Shown one piece after another: positions 10,341 through 21,498 of a stretch of 64,000 bases of DNA. Location of the stretch: assembly GCA_037381915.1 (NCBI GenBank), contig JARRQJ010000003.1:71794-135793 (forward strand). The letters run 5' to 3'. Made by a program: the position numbers and the translations under genes. The DNA comes from Gammaproteobacteria bacterium (GTDB lineage Bacteria; Pseudomonadota; Gammaproteobacteria; DRLM01). The stretch's first letter is position 1. Each line of letters opens with the position of its first letter. The notes under the pieces are model-generated. The model searched no databases. It was not told where the DNA came from and was given only the letters and a program-made list of their open reading frames with translations.

Positions 10341-10443
10341 TTGAGCCTCCGGATATCCCTGAATTTGGCCAGGCGTGGAATCAACCAACGGCGCGGGGAG
10401 AATCGCGCAATGGGCAGTCACTTATCCCTGTTACAACAAAAAG

Positions 10444-10468
10444 GGGCTGCCGCCCCTTCTCATCTTGT
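10444..10468 (-). terminator. Rho-independent terminator downstream of pnp
   Basis: Minus strand: AAGGGGC-GGCA-GCCCCTT followed by TTTGTTG, about 25 nt after the pnp stop. Confidence 0.55.
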
Positions 10469-10493
10469 CGCAACGACCTAACAGCGCATCGTG

Positions 10494-12593
10494 CTATTCG
10501 CCTTCCTCGACCGCCTTGATGCTGAGGCGGACACGGCCTTGCTTGTCGATCTCCAGGACTTTCACCTTGACCGTATCGCCCTCGGACAGCTTGTCACCGA
10601 CGTTCTGTACCCGTTCCTCGGAGATCTGGGAGATATGCACCAGACCGTCCTTCCCGGGCAGGATGCTGACGAAGGCGCCGAAGTCCATGATCTTGGCGAC
10701 CCGGCCCTCGTAGACCTTACCTACTTCCACATCGGCGGTGATTTCCTCGATGCGGCGCTGCGCCTCCAAACCCGCCGCCTTGTCCACGGAGGCGATCTTC
10801 ACGGTGCCGTCATCGGTGATGTCAATCTCGGCGCCGGTAGCCTCGGTGATGGAGCGGATGGTGGCACCGCCCTTGCCGATGACGTCACGGATCCGCTCGG
10901 GATTGATCTTCATGGTGATATAGCGCGGCGCATACTCGGACAGTTCGGCACGGGGCTCGGTGATGGCCTTGGCCATCTCACCGAGGATGTGCAGGCGTCC
11001 CTCGCGGGCCTGTTCCAGAGCCACGGCCATGATCTCGCGGGTAATCCCGGTGATCTTGATGTCCATTTGCAGGGCGCTGACGCCGTTGGTGGTGCCCGCA
11101 ACCTTGAAGTCCATATCGCCGAGATGGTCCTCGTCACCGAGGATGTCGCTCAACACCACGAAACTGTCACCTTCCTTCACCAGCCCCATGGCGATACCCG
11201 CCACCGGAGACGATACGGGCACGCCGGCATCCATCAACGCCAGGCTGGCACCGCACACGCTGGCCATGGAGCTGGAGCCGTTGGACTCGGTGATTTCGGA
11301 TACGACACGAATGGAGTAGTTATATTGGCTCATGTCGGGCATCACAGCGGCCACGCCGCGCTTGGCCAGTCGGCCATGGCCGATTTCGCGGCGCTTGGGG
11401 CTGCCCACCATGCCGGTTTCGCCGGTACAGGACGGCGGGAAGTTGTAATGGAACATGAACGGTTCGCGATACTCGCCATCGAGGGCGTCGATGATTTGCG
11501 AATCGCGCTGGGTACCCAGGGTGCTCACCACCAGGGCCTGGGTCTCGCCGCGGGTGAACAGGGCGGAACCGTGGGTGCGCGGCAATACACCGACCCGCAC
11601 GGCTATGGGACGCACGGAACCGTTGTCGCGGCCGTCGATGCGACTCTCGCCGGCGATGATGCGACTGCGCACCACGCCCTTCTCCAAGGCGTCGATGGCC
11701 TGTTGCAGTTCTTCAGCAGTCCAATCCTGGACGCTTTCCTCGCTGGGCGCCAGCTTGGCGGCCAGATTCTGGCGGATCTCCGCGAGACGCTGGGAACGCT
11801 GCTGCTTCTCGGCGATGCGGTAAGCCTCGTTGATGGTGGCTTCACCTGCCTCGCGCACCGCCGTTTCCAGCGCTTGATTCTTTTCCGCCGCCTGCCAATC
11901 CCAACGCGGTTTGCCGGCCTTCTCCACCAAGTCGTTGATGGCGTTGATCGCGGCCTGCATCTGCTCGTGACCGAACATCACCGCATCCAACATTACGCTC
12001 TCGGACAGTTCTTTGGCTTCGGATTCCACCATCAATACCGCATCCTTGGTTCCGGCCACCACCAGATCCAGGGCGGAGTTCTTGAGATCGGTCTTGGAGG
12101 GATTCAACAAATACTTACCGTCGCGATAACCCACCCGCGCCGCACCGATAGGCCCTTGGAAGGGTAGCCCGGAAATCGCCAAGGCTGCCGAAGCGCCGAT
12201 CATGGCGGGGATATCGGGATCGATTTCTTTGTCGAGGGAGACCACGGTGGCGATGATCTGAACTTCGTTCTTGAACCCTTTGGGAAACAAGGGGCGAACG
12301 GGACGATCAATCAGGCGGCAGGTCAATGTCTCTTTTTCACTGGGACGACCTTCACGCTTGAAAAAACCGCCTGGGATCTTGCCGGCCGCATAGGTACGTT
12401 CCTGGTAATTGACTGTCAGGGGAAAGAAATCCTTGCCCGGCACGGCTTCTTTGATACCGACGGCGGTCACCATGACCATGGTATCCCCCATGCTGATCAT
12501 CACGGCGCCGCTGGCCTGCCGGGCGATTTCATTGGTTTCGATGGTGACAGTGTGATCACCGTATTTAAATTCGGTCTTTACGATAGACGTCAC
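10494..12593 (-). CDS. pnp: Polynucleotide phosphorylase/polyadenylase
   Basis: 699 aa; two RNase PH domains plus KH and S1 domains; N-terminus [27 protein letters not shown]. Confidence 0.95.
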   Translation of the reverse strand: MTSIVKTEFKYGDHTVTIETNEIARQASGAVMISMGDTMVMVTAVGIKEAVPGKDFFPLTVNYQERTYAAGKIPGGFFKREGRPSEKETLTCRLIDRPVRPLFPKGFKNEVQIIATVVSLDKEIDPDIPAMIGASAALAISGLPFQGPIGAARVGYRDGKYLLNPSKTDLKNSALDLVVAGTKDAVLMVESEAKELSESVMLDAVMFGHEQMQAAINAINDLVEKAGKPRWDWQAAEKNQALETAVREAGEATINEAYRIAEKQQRSQRLAEIRQNLAAKLAPSEESVQDWTAEELQQAIDALEKGVVRSRIIAGESRIDGRDNGSVRPIAVRVGVLPRTHGSALFTRGETQALVVSTLGTQRDSQIIDALDGEYREPFMFHYNFPPSCTGETGMVGSPKRREIGHGRLAKRGVAAVMPDMSQYNYSIRVVSEITESNGSSSMASVCGASLALMDAGVPVSSPVAGIAMGLVKEGDSFVVLSDILGDEDHLGDMDFKVAGTTNGVSALQMDIKITGITREIMAVALEQAREGRLHILGEMAKAITEPRAELSEYAPRYITMKINPERIRDVIGKGGATIRSITEATGAEIDITDDGTVKIASVDKAAGLEAQRRIEEITADVEVGKVYEGRVAKIMDFGAFVSILPGKDGLVHISQISEERVQNVGDKLSEGDTVKVKVLEIDKQGRVRLSIKAVEEGE

Positions 12594-12652
12594 AAGCGCT
12601 TCCTTACAAACTGGATTTAAGATTTATAATTGGATTGCTCGGGTGGAAATGC

Positions 12653-12681
12653 AAAAAGAACCGGACCCCGGCTTATCCGGT
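12653..12681 (-). terminator. rpsO terminator / pnp leader hairpin
   Basis: Minus strand: ACCGGA-TAAGCCGGGG-TCCGGT followed by TCTTTTT, 37 nt after the rpsO stop; corresponds to the rpsO terminator/pnp leader structure known in E. coli. Confidence 0.45.
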
Positions 12682-12717
12682 GGCATAGCGTTGCCCGCGA
12701 CGCGCCGGGCTCCATGC

Positions 12718-12987
12718 TCAGCGACGCAGGCCGAGTCGGGAGACCAGCGTGCGATAGCGCTCAGTGTCATGGCGCTTGAGGTAATCCAAGAGATTGCGAC
12801 GCGCACTCACCATGCGTAACAAGCCCTGGCGCGAGTGATGATCCTTGGCATGCCCCTTGAAATGCTCAGCCAATTGATTGATGCGGGCGGACAACAGCGC
12901 AACCTGCACTTCGGGCGATCCGGTATCGCCGGGACTGCGTTGATAGTCCTTGATAATCTGCTGAGTGGTATCGGTGTTCAGTGACAT
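12718..12987 (-). CDS. rpsO: 30S ribosomal protein S15
   Basis: 89 aa from internal Met ([17 protein letters not shown]..); near-canonical S15 sequence. Confidence 0.9.
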   Translation of the reverse strand: MSLNTDTTQQIIKDYQRSPGDTGSPEVQVALLSARINQLAEHFKGHAKDHHSRQGLLRMVSARRNLLDYLKRHDTERYRTLVSRLGLRR

Positions 12988-13124
12988 TAACAGCTCCAAA
13001 TAATAAGCATTCTTATAAAGAGTCGGTATTTTACCCATTAACCCAGTAACGGCACAAGGTTATCCGGGCGACCCGGACAAAAAACGGCCTCAGGCATGGC
13101 CGGGATTGCTCATCCCCGCCGCCG

Positions 13125-14042
13125 TCAGGCCCCCAGGGCGCTGACCAACCTCTTCGGGGCGACACGTCCATCATCCAGAACGCATCCCACCCCGAGAAAG
13201 CGCCGGTCGGCGGTCCGTAACCTGACCCACCCCTGAGTGGGCGCACGCGGCACGAAGACCGCTTGGCCCTGCCGCACATAAAAGGCCAGATCGTCGCTGA
13301 GACAGACCTCTGGCCACTGCTCCAGAGCCGCCTCAGGGGGCAACAAGAAACCTTCCAGAGTGGCGAAATCCTCGAGCGCGGCCTGTTCCAGTTGCGCCAT
13401 AGGCACCATTTGCTCTCCGCGAAAAGGACCGGTGGCGGTTCTACGTAGTTCGCTCACATGGGCGCCCACGCCCAAGGCCTCGCCGATATCTTCCGCCAGG
13501 GTGCGGATATAGGTGCCTTTGGAGCACAGCACATCCACCTCCAGCTCATCCCCTTCGACGCGCAGCAAGCGCAGCTCATGGATCGTTACCGGCCTCGCCC
13601 GGCGCTCCACCTCAATGCCCTGGCGGGCCAGCTTGTACAAGGGCTGCCCCCGGTGCTTGATCGCGGAATGCATGGGCGGGATCTGCTCGATCGTGCCGGT
13701 AAAGCGCTGCAGCACCGCCGCCAAGGCTTCAGGAGTGAGGCTGGTCACCTCGCAACGGGCGACGATCTCACCCTCCGCGTCTCCCGTGGTAGTTTTGATC
13801 CCCAGTTTAACCGCCACCCGGTAGCGTTTATCCGATTCCAGGAGAAATGCGGAAACCTTGGTGGCAGCTCCGAAACACAGCGGCAGGAGACCGCTGGCCA
13901 GGGGATCCAGGCTGCCGGTATGGCCGGCCTTCTTGGCCCTGAACAGCCGTTTGACGGCCTGCAACGCCGCGTTCGAGGTCATTCCCACCGGCTTATCCAG
14001 GAGCACGATGCCGTTGACGTCCCGCATGCCGCCTTTGCGCAT
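13125..14042 (-). CDS. truB: tRNA pseudouridine-55 synthase
   Basis: N-terminus GIVLLDKPVGMTSNAALQAVKRLFRAKKAGHTGSLDPLASGLLPLCFG (catalytic Asp motif); exact start uncertain. Confidence 0.9.
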   Translation of the reverse strand: MRKGGMRDVNGIVLLDKPVGMTSNAALQAVKRLFRAKKAGHTGSLDPLASGLLPLCFGAATKVSAFLLESDKRYRVAVKLGIKTTTGDAEGEIVARCEVTSLTPEALAAVLQRFTGTIEQIPPMHSAIKHRGQPLYKLARQGIEVERRARPVTIHELRLLRVEGDELEVDVLCSKGTYIRTLAEDIGEALGVGAHVSELRRTATGPFRGEQMVPMAQLEQAALEDFATLEGFLLPPEAALEQWPEVCLSDDLAFYVRQGQAVFVPRAPTQGWVRLRTADRRFLGVGCVLDDGRVAPKRLVSALGA

Positions 14043-14053
14043 CCTATTCTCTT

Positions 14054-14437
14054 TCATTCTTCGTGTTCTTTGTCTTCCGCGGCAACCGTATCCAGCAGGG
14101 CGGCGATGCGCATTCCTTCGTCCAGGGAACTGTCGTAGACAAAATGCAAATCCGGCAACACCCGCAGCGTAATCCGCTTCCCCAGGGCGCGGCGCAAAAA
14201 ACCGGACGCCTTCTTCAAGACCTTGAGCGTCGCATCAACATCCTGGTCGGTGTTCATCAGGGTAATAAACACCTTGGCGTGGGCCATGTCCTTCGACACT
14301 TCTACCGCCGAGATGGTCACCATGCCCAAGCGGGGATCACGCAGTTCCTGTTGAATGATCTGCGCTAATTCCCGCTGGATCTGTCCGCCTACCCGCTGGG
14401 TCCGGCTGAATTCCTGCATCATGCGCTTACCCGCCAT
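14054..14437 (-). CDS. rbfA: Ribosome-binding factor A
   Basis: 127 aa; RbfA pattern FSRTQRVGGQIQRELAQII...DPRLGMVTISAVEVSKDMAHAKVF. Confidence 0.9.
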   Translation of the reverse strand: MAGKRMMQEFSRTQRVGGQIQRELAQIIQQELRDPRLGMVTISAVEVSKDMAHAKVFITLMNTDQDVDATLKVLKKASGFLRRALGKRITLRVLPDLHFVYDSSLDEGMRIAALLDTVAAEDKEHEE

Positions 14438-14511
14438 TTATGCCGTGAGAAGATCGCCGTCGTGCCCCGGGCCGTTCCTCCTAATAGCCCGGCCGGTGCC
14501 CGCCACGACAA

Positions 14512-17040
14512 TTAGATTTGGCGGGCCACCTCGACACGTTCGTAGACCTCGATTTGGTCACCAGGCTTCACATCATTGTAGTCCTTCACCCCGATACCGC
14601 ATTCCGTGCCGGAACGCACTTCATTGACGTCGTCCTTGAAGCGTCGTAAGGACTCGAGCTTACCTTCGTAGATCACCACATTGTCCCGCAGAACGCGGAT
14701 GGGATTATTGCGTTTGACGGTCCCTTCCACTACCAGGCAACCAGCGATCGCACCGATCTTCGGCGAACGAAATACGTCGCGCACCTCCGCGAGACCGACG
14801 ATCTGTTCCTTGATCTCCGGCGACAGCATGCCGGACAGGGCCTTCTTCACATCGTCGATCACGTCATAGATGACGCTGTAATAACGGATTTCCACACCTC
14901 GCTCTTCGGCACCGCGCCGCGCGGCGGCATCCGCACGCACGTTGAAGCCGAACACCACCGCGCCGGAGGCGATGGCTAGATTGATATCGGATTCAGTGAT
15001 GCCACCGACGCCGCTGAACACCAGCTTGACCTGCACCTCGTCGGTGGACAGCTTGCCCAGGGACTCGCGCAAGGCCTCTAGGGAACCCTGCACGTCCGTC
15101 TTTACCACCAGATTGAGGACATTGGCCGTATCTTGGCCCATTTGCGAGAACATGTTCTCCAGCTTGGCGCCCTGTTGCCGCGCCAGTTCCACATCCCGGA
15201 ACTTGCCCTGGCGAAACATGGCGATCTCCCTGGCCTTGCGCTCGTCGGGCACCGCCACGGCGGAATCGCCGGCATTGGGCGTCCCCGACAAGCCGAGCAC
15301 TACCACCGGCATGGACGGACCGGCATCCTCGACCGGTTTGCCGTTCTCATCCAGCATGGCGCGTACCCGTCCGTACTCGTGCCCCGTAAGCAGCACGTCA
15401 CCCTTATGCAGGGTGCCGCTCTGTACGAGGATGGTCGCCACGGGACCGCGGCCCTTGTCCAAGGTCGATTCCACCACGACCCCGGAAGCCGGCGCGTCCT
15501 GCACCGCGCGCAGCTCCATCACCTCGGCCTGCAGCAAAATGGCGTCCAGTAAATCGTCCACTCCTTCACCGGTCTTGGCGGACACATGTTTGAACATGAC
15601 ATCACCGCCCCATTCCTCGGGAACGACCTCGTGAGCGACCAGTTCCTGTTTGACCCGATCCGGCTCGGCATCGGGTTTATCGATCTTGTTCACCGCCACT
15701 ACCATGGGCACCCCGGCCGCCTTGGCGTGTTGCACAGCCTCGACGGTTTGCGGCATCACACCGTCGTCCGCAGCCACCACCAGCACCACGATGTCCGTCA
15801 CCTTGGCGCCGCGGGCGCGCATAGCGGTGAAGGCTTCGTGACCCGGCGTATCTAGAAAGGTGATCATGCCTTTGTCGGTTTTGACGTGATATGCGCCGAT
15901 ATGCTGGGTGATGCCACCCGCCTCGCCGGCCGCCACCTTTGTTCTGCGCACATAGTCCAGCAGCGAGGTCTTGCCGTGATCTACATGGCCCATGATGGTC
16001 ACTACCGGCGCGCGCGGGACTGTTTCACCCTCCACCTGGGCGCTTTGCACCAAGGACTCTTCCAGGGCATTCTCCTGCAAGGGTTTGGGAATATGGCCCA
16101 TCTCCTCCACCACCAGGGTGGCGGTCGTCTGGTCCAACACCTGATTGATGGTGACCATGCTGCCGAGCTTCATCATGTACTTGATCAGTTCGGCGGCCTT
16201 CACCGACATCTTCTGCGCCAGCTCCGCTACGGTAATAGTCTCAGGGATACTCACCTCGCGCACCACCGGTGCAGTGGGTCGCTCAAAACCATGCTTGGCG
16301 GATCCGCTGACCGATAAATCCTTGTCGCGTGACGCCTTGGCCTTTTTGCGCTTGCCCACCTTTTCCGAGGCGAGATGAAGTTCCCGCCGCCCGTATTTGC
16401 TGGAACGCTCTTCGCGATCCTTATCCCGGCCGTGGCGCTTCTTCTCTTTCTTTTCCGGTGCAGGCGCCGCAACCGGAGCGGCCTCCGCCGGCGCGACCTG
16501 TTGCGCTACACTCTGACGGGCCTCTTCATCGGCGCGGCGGCGCGCCTCTTCCTCTTCGGCCAAACGGCGGCGCTCTTCCTCCGCGCGCGCCTCTTCCTCG
16601 GCCCGGCGCTGCTCTTCCTCCGCGCGGCGCCGGCTCTCTTCCTGTAACTTCGCCTGCTCTTCGGCCTCCTGACGGGCACGCTCCGCCATCTGCGATTCCA
16701 GGCGCGCGACTTCCTCGGCGTTGGCGATGCTGCGCTTGACGTAGGTGCGGCGCTTGCGCACCTCCACATTTACCGTCTTGCTTTTCCCTTGCGGCCCGGA
16801 CTGCCTGAGCTCGCTGACGGTACGCCGCTTGAGTGTGACCTTTTTGGGTTCGGTGATAGCCGGCTTATCCTCCGCCCCATGCGTCCGGCGCAGGTAGTTG
16901 AGCAGTTCAACCTTCTCCTGATCGCTGATAGGTTGATCCACGGATTTGATCGACGATCCTGCCTCTTCCAACTGAGACATCAAACGATCCACCGGAATAC
17001 CGACGTTTTCCGCGAATTGTTTTACAGTTACATCCGACAT
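14512..17040 (-). CDS. infB: Translation initiation factor IF-2
   Basis: 842 aa; Arg/Glu/Ala-rich N-terminal region; GTPase motifs [24 protein letters not shown]. Confidence 0.95.
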   Translation of the reverse strand: MSDVTVKQFAENVGIPVDRLMSQLEEAGSSIKSVDQPISDQEKVELLNYLRRTHGAEDKPAITEPKKVTLKRRTVSELRQSGPQGKSKTVNVEVRKRRTYVKRSIANAEEVARLESQMAERARQEAEEQAKLQEESRRRAEEEQRRAEEEARAEEERRRLAEEEEARRRADEEARQSVAQQVAPAEAAPVAAPAPEKKEKKRHGRDKDREERSSKYGRRELHLASEKVGKRKKAKASRDKDLSVSGSAKHGFERPTAPVVREVSIPETITVAELAQKMSVKAAELIKYMMKLGSMVTINQVLDQTTATLVVEEMGHIPKPLQENALEESLVQSAQVEGETVPRAPVVTIMGHVDHGKTSLLDYVRRTKVAAGEAGGITQHIGAYHVKTDKGMITFLDTPGHEAFTAMRARGAKVTDIVVLVVAADDGVMPQTVEAVQHAKAAGVPMVVAVNKIDKPDAEPDRVKQELVAHEVVPEEWGGDVMFKHVSAKTGEGVDDLLDAILLQAEVMELRAVQDAPASGVVVESTLDKGRGPVATILVQSGTLHKGDVLLTGHEYGRVRAMLDENGKPVEDAGPSMPVVVLGLSGTPNAGDSAVAVPDERKAREIAMFRQGKFRDVELARQQGAKLENMFSQMGQDTANVLNLVVKTDVQGSLEALRESLGKLSTDEVQVKLVFSGVGGITESDINLAIASGAVVFGFNVRADAAARRGAEERGVEIRYYSVIYDVIDDVKKALSGMLSPEIKEQIVGLAEVRDVFRSPKIGAIAGCLVVEGTVKRNNPIRVLRDNVVIYEGKLESLRRFKDDVNEVRSGTECGIGVKDYNDVKPGDQIEVYERVEVARQI

Positions 17041-17073
17041 ATCCGACTTCTCACTCCATTACGCATTAGGCCA

Positions 17074-18579
17074 TTACGCCTGTTGCTCGCTGGCGAACCA
17101 GGGTTCGCGAGCCGTCATGATCAACTCGCTGGCACGCTGTTCATCTATCCCTTCCATGCCCTCCACCACCTCCAGCAGCTCATCCACCGATTGTTCGGCC
17201 AGATCCTCTCGGGTGATGACGCCATTTTCCGCCAAGCGGTGGGCCAGGGCGCGGTCCATTCCCTTCAACTCCAGCAAATCCTCGGCCGGTACCGCCTGGG
17301 TTTCTTCCTTGGCGATGGCCCGGGTCAACAGCACATCCCGGGCGCGCCGCCGTAATTCCTCCACGATCTCCTCGTCGAATTCCTCGATAGCGACCAGTTC
17401 CTGCACCGGAACGTAGGCGATCTCTTCCACACTGGAGAACCCCTCCTGCACCAGGATGTTCGCCACTTCTTCGTCCACGTCCAATTGTTCCATGAACGCG
17501 GCCTTCAGCGACTCGGTCTCCGACTCGCTCTTGGCCTCCGCCTGGCTCTCGCTCATGACGTTGAGCTCCCAACCGGACAATTGGCCGGCGAGGCGCACGT
17601 TTTGCCCGCCGCGGCCGATGGCCTGGGACAGACTGTCTTCCGCCACGGCGATGTCCATGCTATGGGTATCTTCGTCGACCACGATAGACTTCACCTCGGC
17701 GGGTGACATGGCGTTGATCACGAACTGGGCGGGGTTTTCGTTCCATAAGATGATATCGATGCGTTCACCGGCCAGCTCGTTGGATACCGCCTGCACCCGA
17801 GAACCGCGCATACCGACGCAGGCACCGATAGGATCGATGCGCTGGTCGTTGCTCCGGACGGCAATCTTGGCGCGCGAACCCGGGTCGCGTGCCGCACTGA
17901 CGATCTCGATGAGCCCCTCGCCCGCCTCAGGCACCTCCAGTTTGAACAAGGCGATCAGCAATTCTGGAGCGGTACGCGATACGAACAACTGGGGACCCCG
18001 TGCCTCGGAACGCACGTCCCGCAGATACCCGCGCAGACGATCGCCATTGCGCACGTTCTCCCTGGGAATCATATCTTCGCGGCTGACCAGGGCCTCGGCA
18101 TTGCTGCCCAAATCCAGAATGACATTACCGCGTTCCACACGCTTTACCACGCCCGTGACCAGTTCGCCGACGCGATGCTGATAGGCCTCCACCACCTGGG
18201 CGCGTTCCGCCTCCCGCACCTTTTGCACGATAACCTGCTTGGCTGTCTGAGCGGCAATGCGGCCGAAGGCGACCGATTCCAGCGGCTCCTCGATATAACC
18301 GCCGATTTCTATCTGAGGGATCTTTTTCACCGCCTCGCTGTAATAGATCTGGTGGTCCGGAAATTCCAACGGCTCCTCGTCGGCGACGACCTGCCAGCGA
18401 CGGAATGTCGCATAGTCGCCGTTGTCGCGATTGATGCTCACCCGCGCTTCGATATCACTCTCATAACGCTTCTTGGTCGCAGTGGCCAAGGCGGCCTCCA
18501 ATGCCTCGAAGATAATATCCTTATCGACGCCCTTCTCATTGGATACCGCTTCCACCACCAATAATATTTCTTTACTCAT
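17074..18579 (-). CDS. nusA: Transcription termination/antitermination factor NusA
   Basis: 501 aa; N-terminus [34 protein letters not shown]; S1 and KH domains and acidic C-terminal repeats. Confidence 0.95.
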   Translation of the reverse strand: MSKEILLVVEAVSNEKGVDKDIIFEALEAALATATKKRYESDIEARVSINRDNGDYATFRRWQVVADEEPLEFPDHQIYYSEAVKKIPQIEIGGYIEEPLESVAFGRIAAQTAKQVIVQKVREAERAQVVEAYQHRVGELVTGVVKRVERGNVILDLGSNAEALVSREDMIPRENVRNGDRLRGYLRDVRSEARGPQLFVSRTAPELLIALFKLEVPEAGEGLIEIVSAARDPGSRAKIAVRSNDQRIDPIGACVGMRGSRVQAVSNELAGERIDIILWNENPAQFVINAMSPAEVKSIVVDEDTHSMDIAVAEDSLSQAIGRGGQNVRLAGQLSGWELNVMSESQAEAKSESETESLKAAFMEQLDVDEEVANILVQEGFSSVEEIAYVPVQELVAIEEFDEEIVEELRRRARDVLLTRAIAKEETQAVPAEDLLELKGMDRALAHRLAENGVITREDLAEQSVDELLEVVEGMEGIDEQRASELIMTAREPWFASEQQA

Positions 18580-18638
18580 GCCTCGTGCCTCTGCTTGATC
18601 CTCGGCCCTGCCCTGCGGCCCTGACAGCCGTCCATCGC

Positions 18639-19097
18639 CTAAAAATCCGGGACTAACCTCGCCTGCTCTATATGATGCATCGGAATAGCCACTTCTTCTC
18701 CGTCCTGCACCATCACCACGGCGTCACCGCGCACCCCCAGCAAGACGCCGGAGAAGTTGCGCCGCCCCTCAAACGGAGGACTGATCCTCAGCTTGACCCG
18801 ATTACCGGAAAACCGCCGGAAATGTTCTTCCGTAAACAACGGCCGATCCAAACCCGGCGAAGAAACCTCCAACATGTATTGGCCCGGGATAGGATCGTCC
18901 ACATCCAAGGCACTGCTGATCTGGCGACTGGCGCGTTCACAATCGTCCACGCTCACGCCCTCGGGCGTATCGATATAGACCCGCAGCAAGGAGCGCCGTC
19001 CCTGGGGATGGTATTCGATCCCAACCAGTTCGTATCCCAAACCTTGCACCGCTGCCTCGATCGGCCTCCTCAGCTTGTCCGGTGCTTGCCGCCCCAC
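18639..19097 (-). CDS. rimP: Ribosome maturation factor RimP
   Basis: GTG start at 19097 with GGGGAGA RBS gives 152 aa, the typical RimP length; body matches RimP ([14 protein letters not shown]). Confidence 0.8.
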   Translation of the reverse strand: MGRQAPDKLRRPIEAAVQGLGYELVGIEYHPQGRRSLLRVYIDTPEGVSVDDCERASRQISSALDVDDPIPGQYMLEVSSPGLDRPLFTEEHFRRFSGNRVKLRISPPFEGRRNFSGVLLGVRGDAVVMVQDGEEVAIPMHHIEQARLVPDF

Positions 19098-19254
19098 GTC
19101 CGTCTCCCCAAACAAAAAATGGGCCAACGGCCCACTTCCTGCATATTTTTCAAAATCTTGCGATATGCAGCCGACTCGCAAGCTACTCCAGCAGGAGCTT
19201 CCACCCGGACCGGTCCCGGCCGTCAACCCTTCCCGGGTTGGGCCAGGCCCTTAA

Positions 19255-19280
19255 CAAAAAGCCCCGGACCCGGGGCTTTT
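19255..19280. terminator. Bidirectional intrinsic terminator hairpin AAAAAGCCCCGG-AC-CCGGGGCTTTTT
   Basis: Perfect 7-bp GC stem flanked by A5 and T5 runs; lies immediately 3' of the tRNA on the minus strand and upstream of rimP, as metY-rimP is arranged in E. coli. Confidence 0.6.
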
Positions 19281-19291
19281 TGTAGTTATCC

Positions 19292-19368
19292 TGGTAGCGG
19301 GGGCAGGATTTGAACCTGCGACCTTCGGGTTATGAGCCCGACGAGCTGCCAGACTGCTCCACCCCGCA
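19292..19368 (-). tRNA. tRNA-Met (anticodon CAU), probable initiator tRNA-fMet
   Basis: 77-nt cloverleaf ending in encoded CCA; anticodon loop CTCATAA; GGG/CCC anticodon stem and an unpaired 1:72 position (T:T), both initiator hallmarks; close to E. coli tRNA-fMet; sits upstream of rimP-nusA-infB like metY. Confidence 0.85.
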
Positions 19369-19410
19369 ACGGAGCGGCGATGATAACAAACTCACAGGAT
19401 TCCTTTCAAG

Positions 19411-19803
19411 CTAAGCTTTTGAGCCACCAGCCTCTAAGATCACAAAGGCCACCGCATAATCATGCTCATCCGCCAGGCTGATGTGGCTGCAGGATATCCC
19501 CATTTGCCGGAGCAGCGCCGCGGTGTTGCCGTCGTACCGCAAACCCGGTTTGCCCAAATGGTCGTGGGTGACACGGATGTCAGAGAGTCGGATCCCGTCA
19601 CGAAACCCGGTACCCAGGGCCTTGACCAGCGCCTCCTTGGCGGCAAAGTGTTTGGCCAGGAAATAGGCCGGGCGCTTATCCGCAAGATATTCCTCGAACT
19701 CCGCCGCGGCCAGGATACGCCGGGCAAAACGTTCGCCATGACGGGCGAGAACGGCGCGCATCCGGGCCACGCCTACGATATCGGTGCCGATACCCAGGAT
19801 CAC
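19411..19803 (-). CDS. acpS: Holo-[acyl-carrier-protein] synthase
   Basis: 130 aa; N-terminus [15 protein letters not shown].. characteristic of AcpS; overlaps pdxJ stop. Confidence 0.85.
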   Translation of the reverse strand: MILGIGTDIVGVARMRAVLARHGERFARRILAAAEFEEYLADKRPAYFLAKHFAAKEALVKALGTGFRDGIRLSDIRVTHDHLGKPGLRYDGNTAALLRQMGISCSHISLADEHDYAVAFVILEAGGSKA

Positions 19804-20546
19804 GCACCGCCCCGCGCCGCCACCATCAGCTGCTTCATGTCGCGCACCGCCGCCGCCATGCCGGTGAAGACCGCCCGCGCCACGATGGCGTGGCCGATAT
19901 TGAGTTCCCGGATCGCCGGCAGGGCGGCGACCGGCCCAACATTATCGTAACTGAGACCATGCCCGGCATTGACCTGTAATCCCGCCGCTCGCCCTTGATC
20001 CGCGGCGCGCACGATTCGACCCAGCTCGCTGGCCCGTTCATTGGGATCGCCGGCATCGGCATAATGCCCAGTATGCAGTTCTATCGCCGGGGCGCCGGTT
20101 CTGGCGGCCGCATCCACCTGCTCCGGATCGGCGTCGATAAACAATGAAACGCGGCATCCGGCCGCCGCCAAGCGCTGGCAGGCGGCGGCGATACGCGCCG
20201 CCTGCCCCGCCACGTCCAAGCCACCCTCGGTAGTCAGTTCCTCGCGCCGTTCCGGCACCAGGCAACAATCCGCCGGCCGATAGCGTTCGGCGATACATAA
20301 CATTTCCTCCGTCACCGCCATTTCCAGATTCATACGTGTTTGCAGGATGTCTCTCAAGTGCTCCACGTCGTGTTCTTGAATATGGCGACGATCCTCGCGC
20401 AGATGCAGGGTAATGGCATCCGCTCCCGCGCGTTCCGCCTCGATGGCCGCCTGCACTGGATCCGGGTACGGTGTGTGTCGCGCCTGACGCAGGGTCGCCA
20501 CATGATCGATATTCACACCCAGTAGTATCGTCTGTTCATTCCGCAC
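19800..20546 (-). CDS. pdxJ: Pyridoxine 5'-phosphate synthase
   Basis: 248 aa; [36 protein letters not shown] closely matches PdxJ. Confidence 0.9.
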   Translation of the reverse strand: MRNEQTILLGVNIDHVATLRQARHTPYPDPVQAAIEAERAGADAITLHLREDRRHIQEHDVEHLRDILQTRMNLEMAVTEEMLCIAERYRPADCCLVPERREELTTEGGLDVAGQAARIAAACQRLAAAGCRVSLFIDADPEQVDAAARTGAPAIELHTGHYADAGDPNERASELGRIVRAADQGRAAGLQVNAGHGLSYDNVGPVAALPAIRELNIGHAIVARAVFTGMAAAVRDMKQLMVAARGGA

Positions 20547-20679
20547 TTCTATAACCCTCTATTTTCGCTTCGGCCCGGCTCGCATGCCTGGCTCGTCACC
20601 CGCTGCAAATTAACCGGTTGCGTACCCTGGCCGGCCTGTAATCAAGCGGCCCCCGCAATTCGTGAAATTCAAGCATACC

Positions 20680-21462
20680 CTACTGCGGCGCAAACAACCG
20701 CCGGCTGTTCAAGGGACGATCACCCAACTGTTCGGCAAGGGCAACCCGCATCAAGCTCTTGGCCTCGCGCAAGCTTGCCTTGTTTTCCAAGCGTCCCTGC
20801 GCCAGATCCAACAGACTTTGGCCCCGGATGATCAGCCGCTTTGTCTGTTCCCCCGCGGGAACCGCATCTATCCGCACCGGCCCCTGCATGGGCCGGTAAA
20901 TATAAAGCTGTTGTGCCTCGATAGGTTCCCCGCCCTCGGCATCGTGCTCCAGCACCAGACCATAGCCGATTTCTTCCAGGAGCCGTTTCTCAAACAGGCG
21001 CAGGATAGATTCCAGTTTGGTGGCGTACCCCTGCATGCCCGCCCGCCCGTCTTGCACTGCCTGGTTTGGGCAGATATCCCCGAGCGCCTGCACCGTCTGG
21101 TGGTACACCATGTATAAATCGGGATGGGAATCAAAGCGCTGCACGAGGCGCATCAGCAGTTCATTGAGATAGAAACCGCCCATCAATGCCTGCCCGGTCA
21201 ACCAATGGTGGGCACCTTCGGCCTCCGCGGTACTGACACTGGGCAGTTCGCCGCTGCCGCTCCAGGAGATGAGGACGGAACGGAACGGCTGCAGGACGCC
21301 CGCCAAGCGGGATGAAGACTGACGAGCGGCCCGGGCAACGACCCCCACCCGTCCGTACTGGGGGGTGAACAACTCCACTAACAGGCTGGTGTCGCGAAAG
21401 GCGCGGCGGTGCAGCACATATGCAGGCTGCAACAGTACCCGCGATCTATGATGGGTATTCAT
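20680..21462 (-). CDS. recO: DNA repair protein RecO
   Basis: Start chosen at internal Met (MNTHHRSRVLLQPAYVLHRRAFRDTSLLVELFT), N-terminal OB fold of RecO; sits in the conserved era-recO-pdxJ order. Confidence 0.8.
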   Translation of the reverse strand: MNTHHRSRVLLQPAYVLHRRAFRDTSLLVELFTPQYGRVGVVARAARQSSSRLAGVLQPFRSVLISWSGSGELPSVSTAEAEGAHHWLTGQALMGGFYLNELLMRLVQRFDSHPDLYMVYHQTVQALGDICPNQAVQDGRAGMQGYATKLESILRLFEKRLLEEIGYGLVLEHDAEGGEPIEAQQLYIYRPMQGPVRIDAVPAGEQTKRLIIRGQSLLDLAQGRLENKASLREAKSLMRVALAEQLGDRPLNSRRLFAPQ

Positions 21463-21498
21463 ATATGACTTGCGCTTCCACGGCCGCAAACCGCCGGA

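Noticed and set aside
10491-12167. 558-aa plus-strand ORF antisense to pnp
   Set aside because: Overlaps pnp completely; low-complexity G/D/H/L-rich translation; GC-frame artefact.
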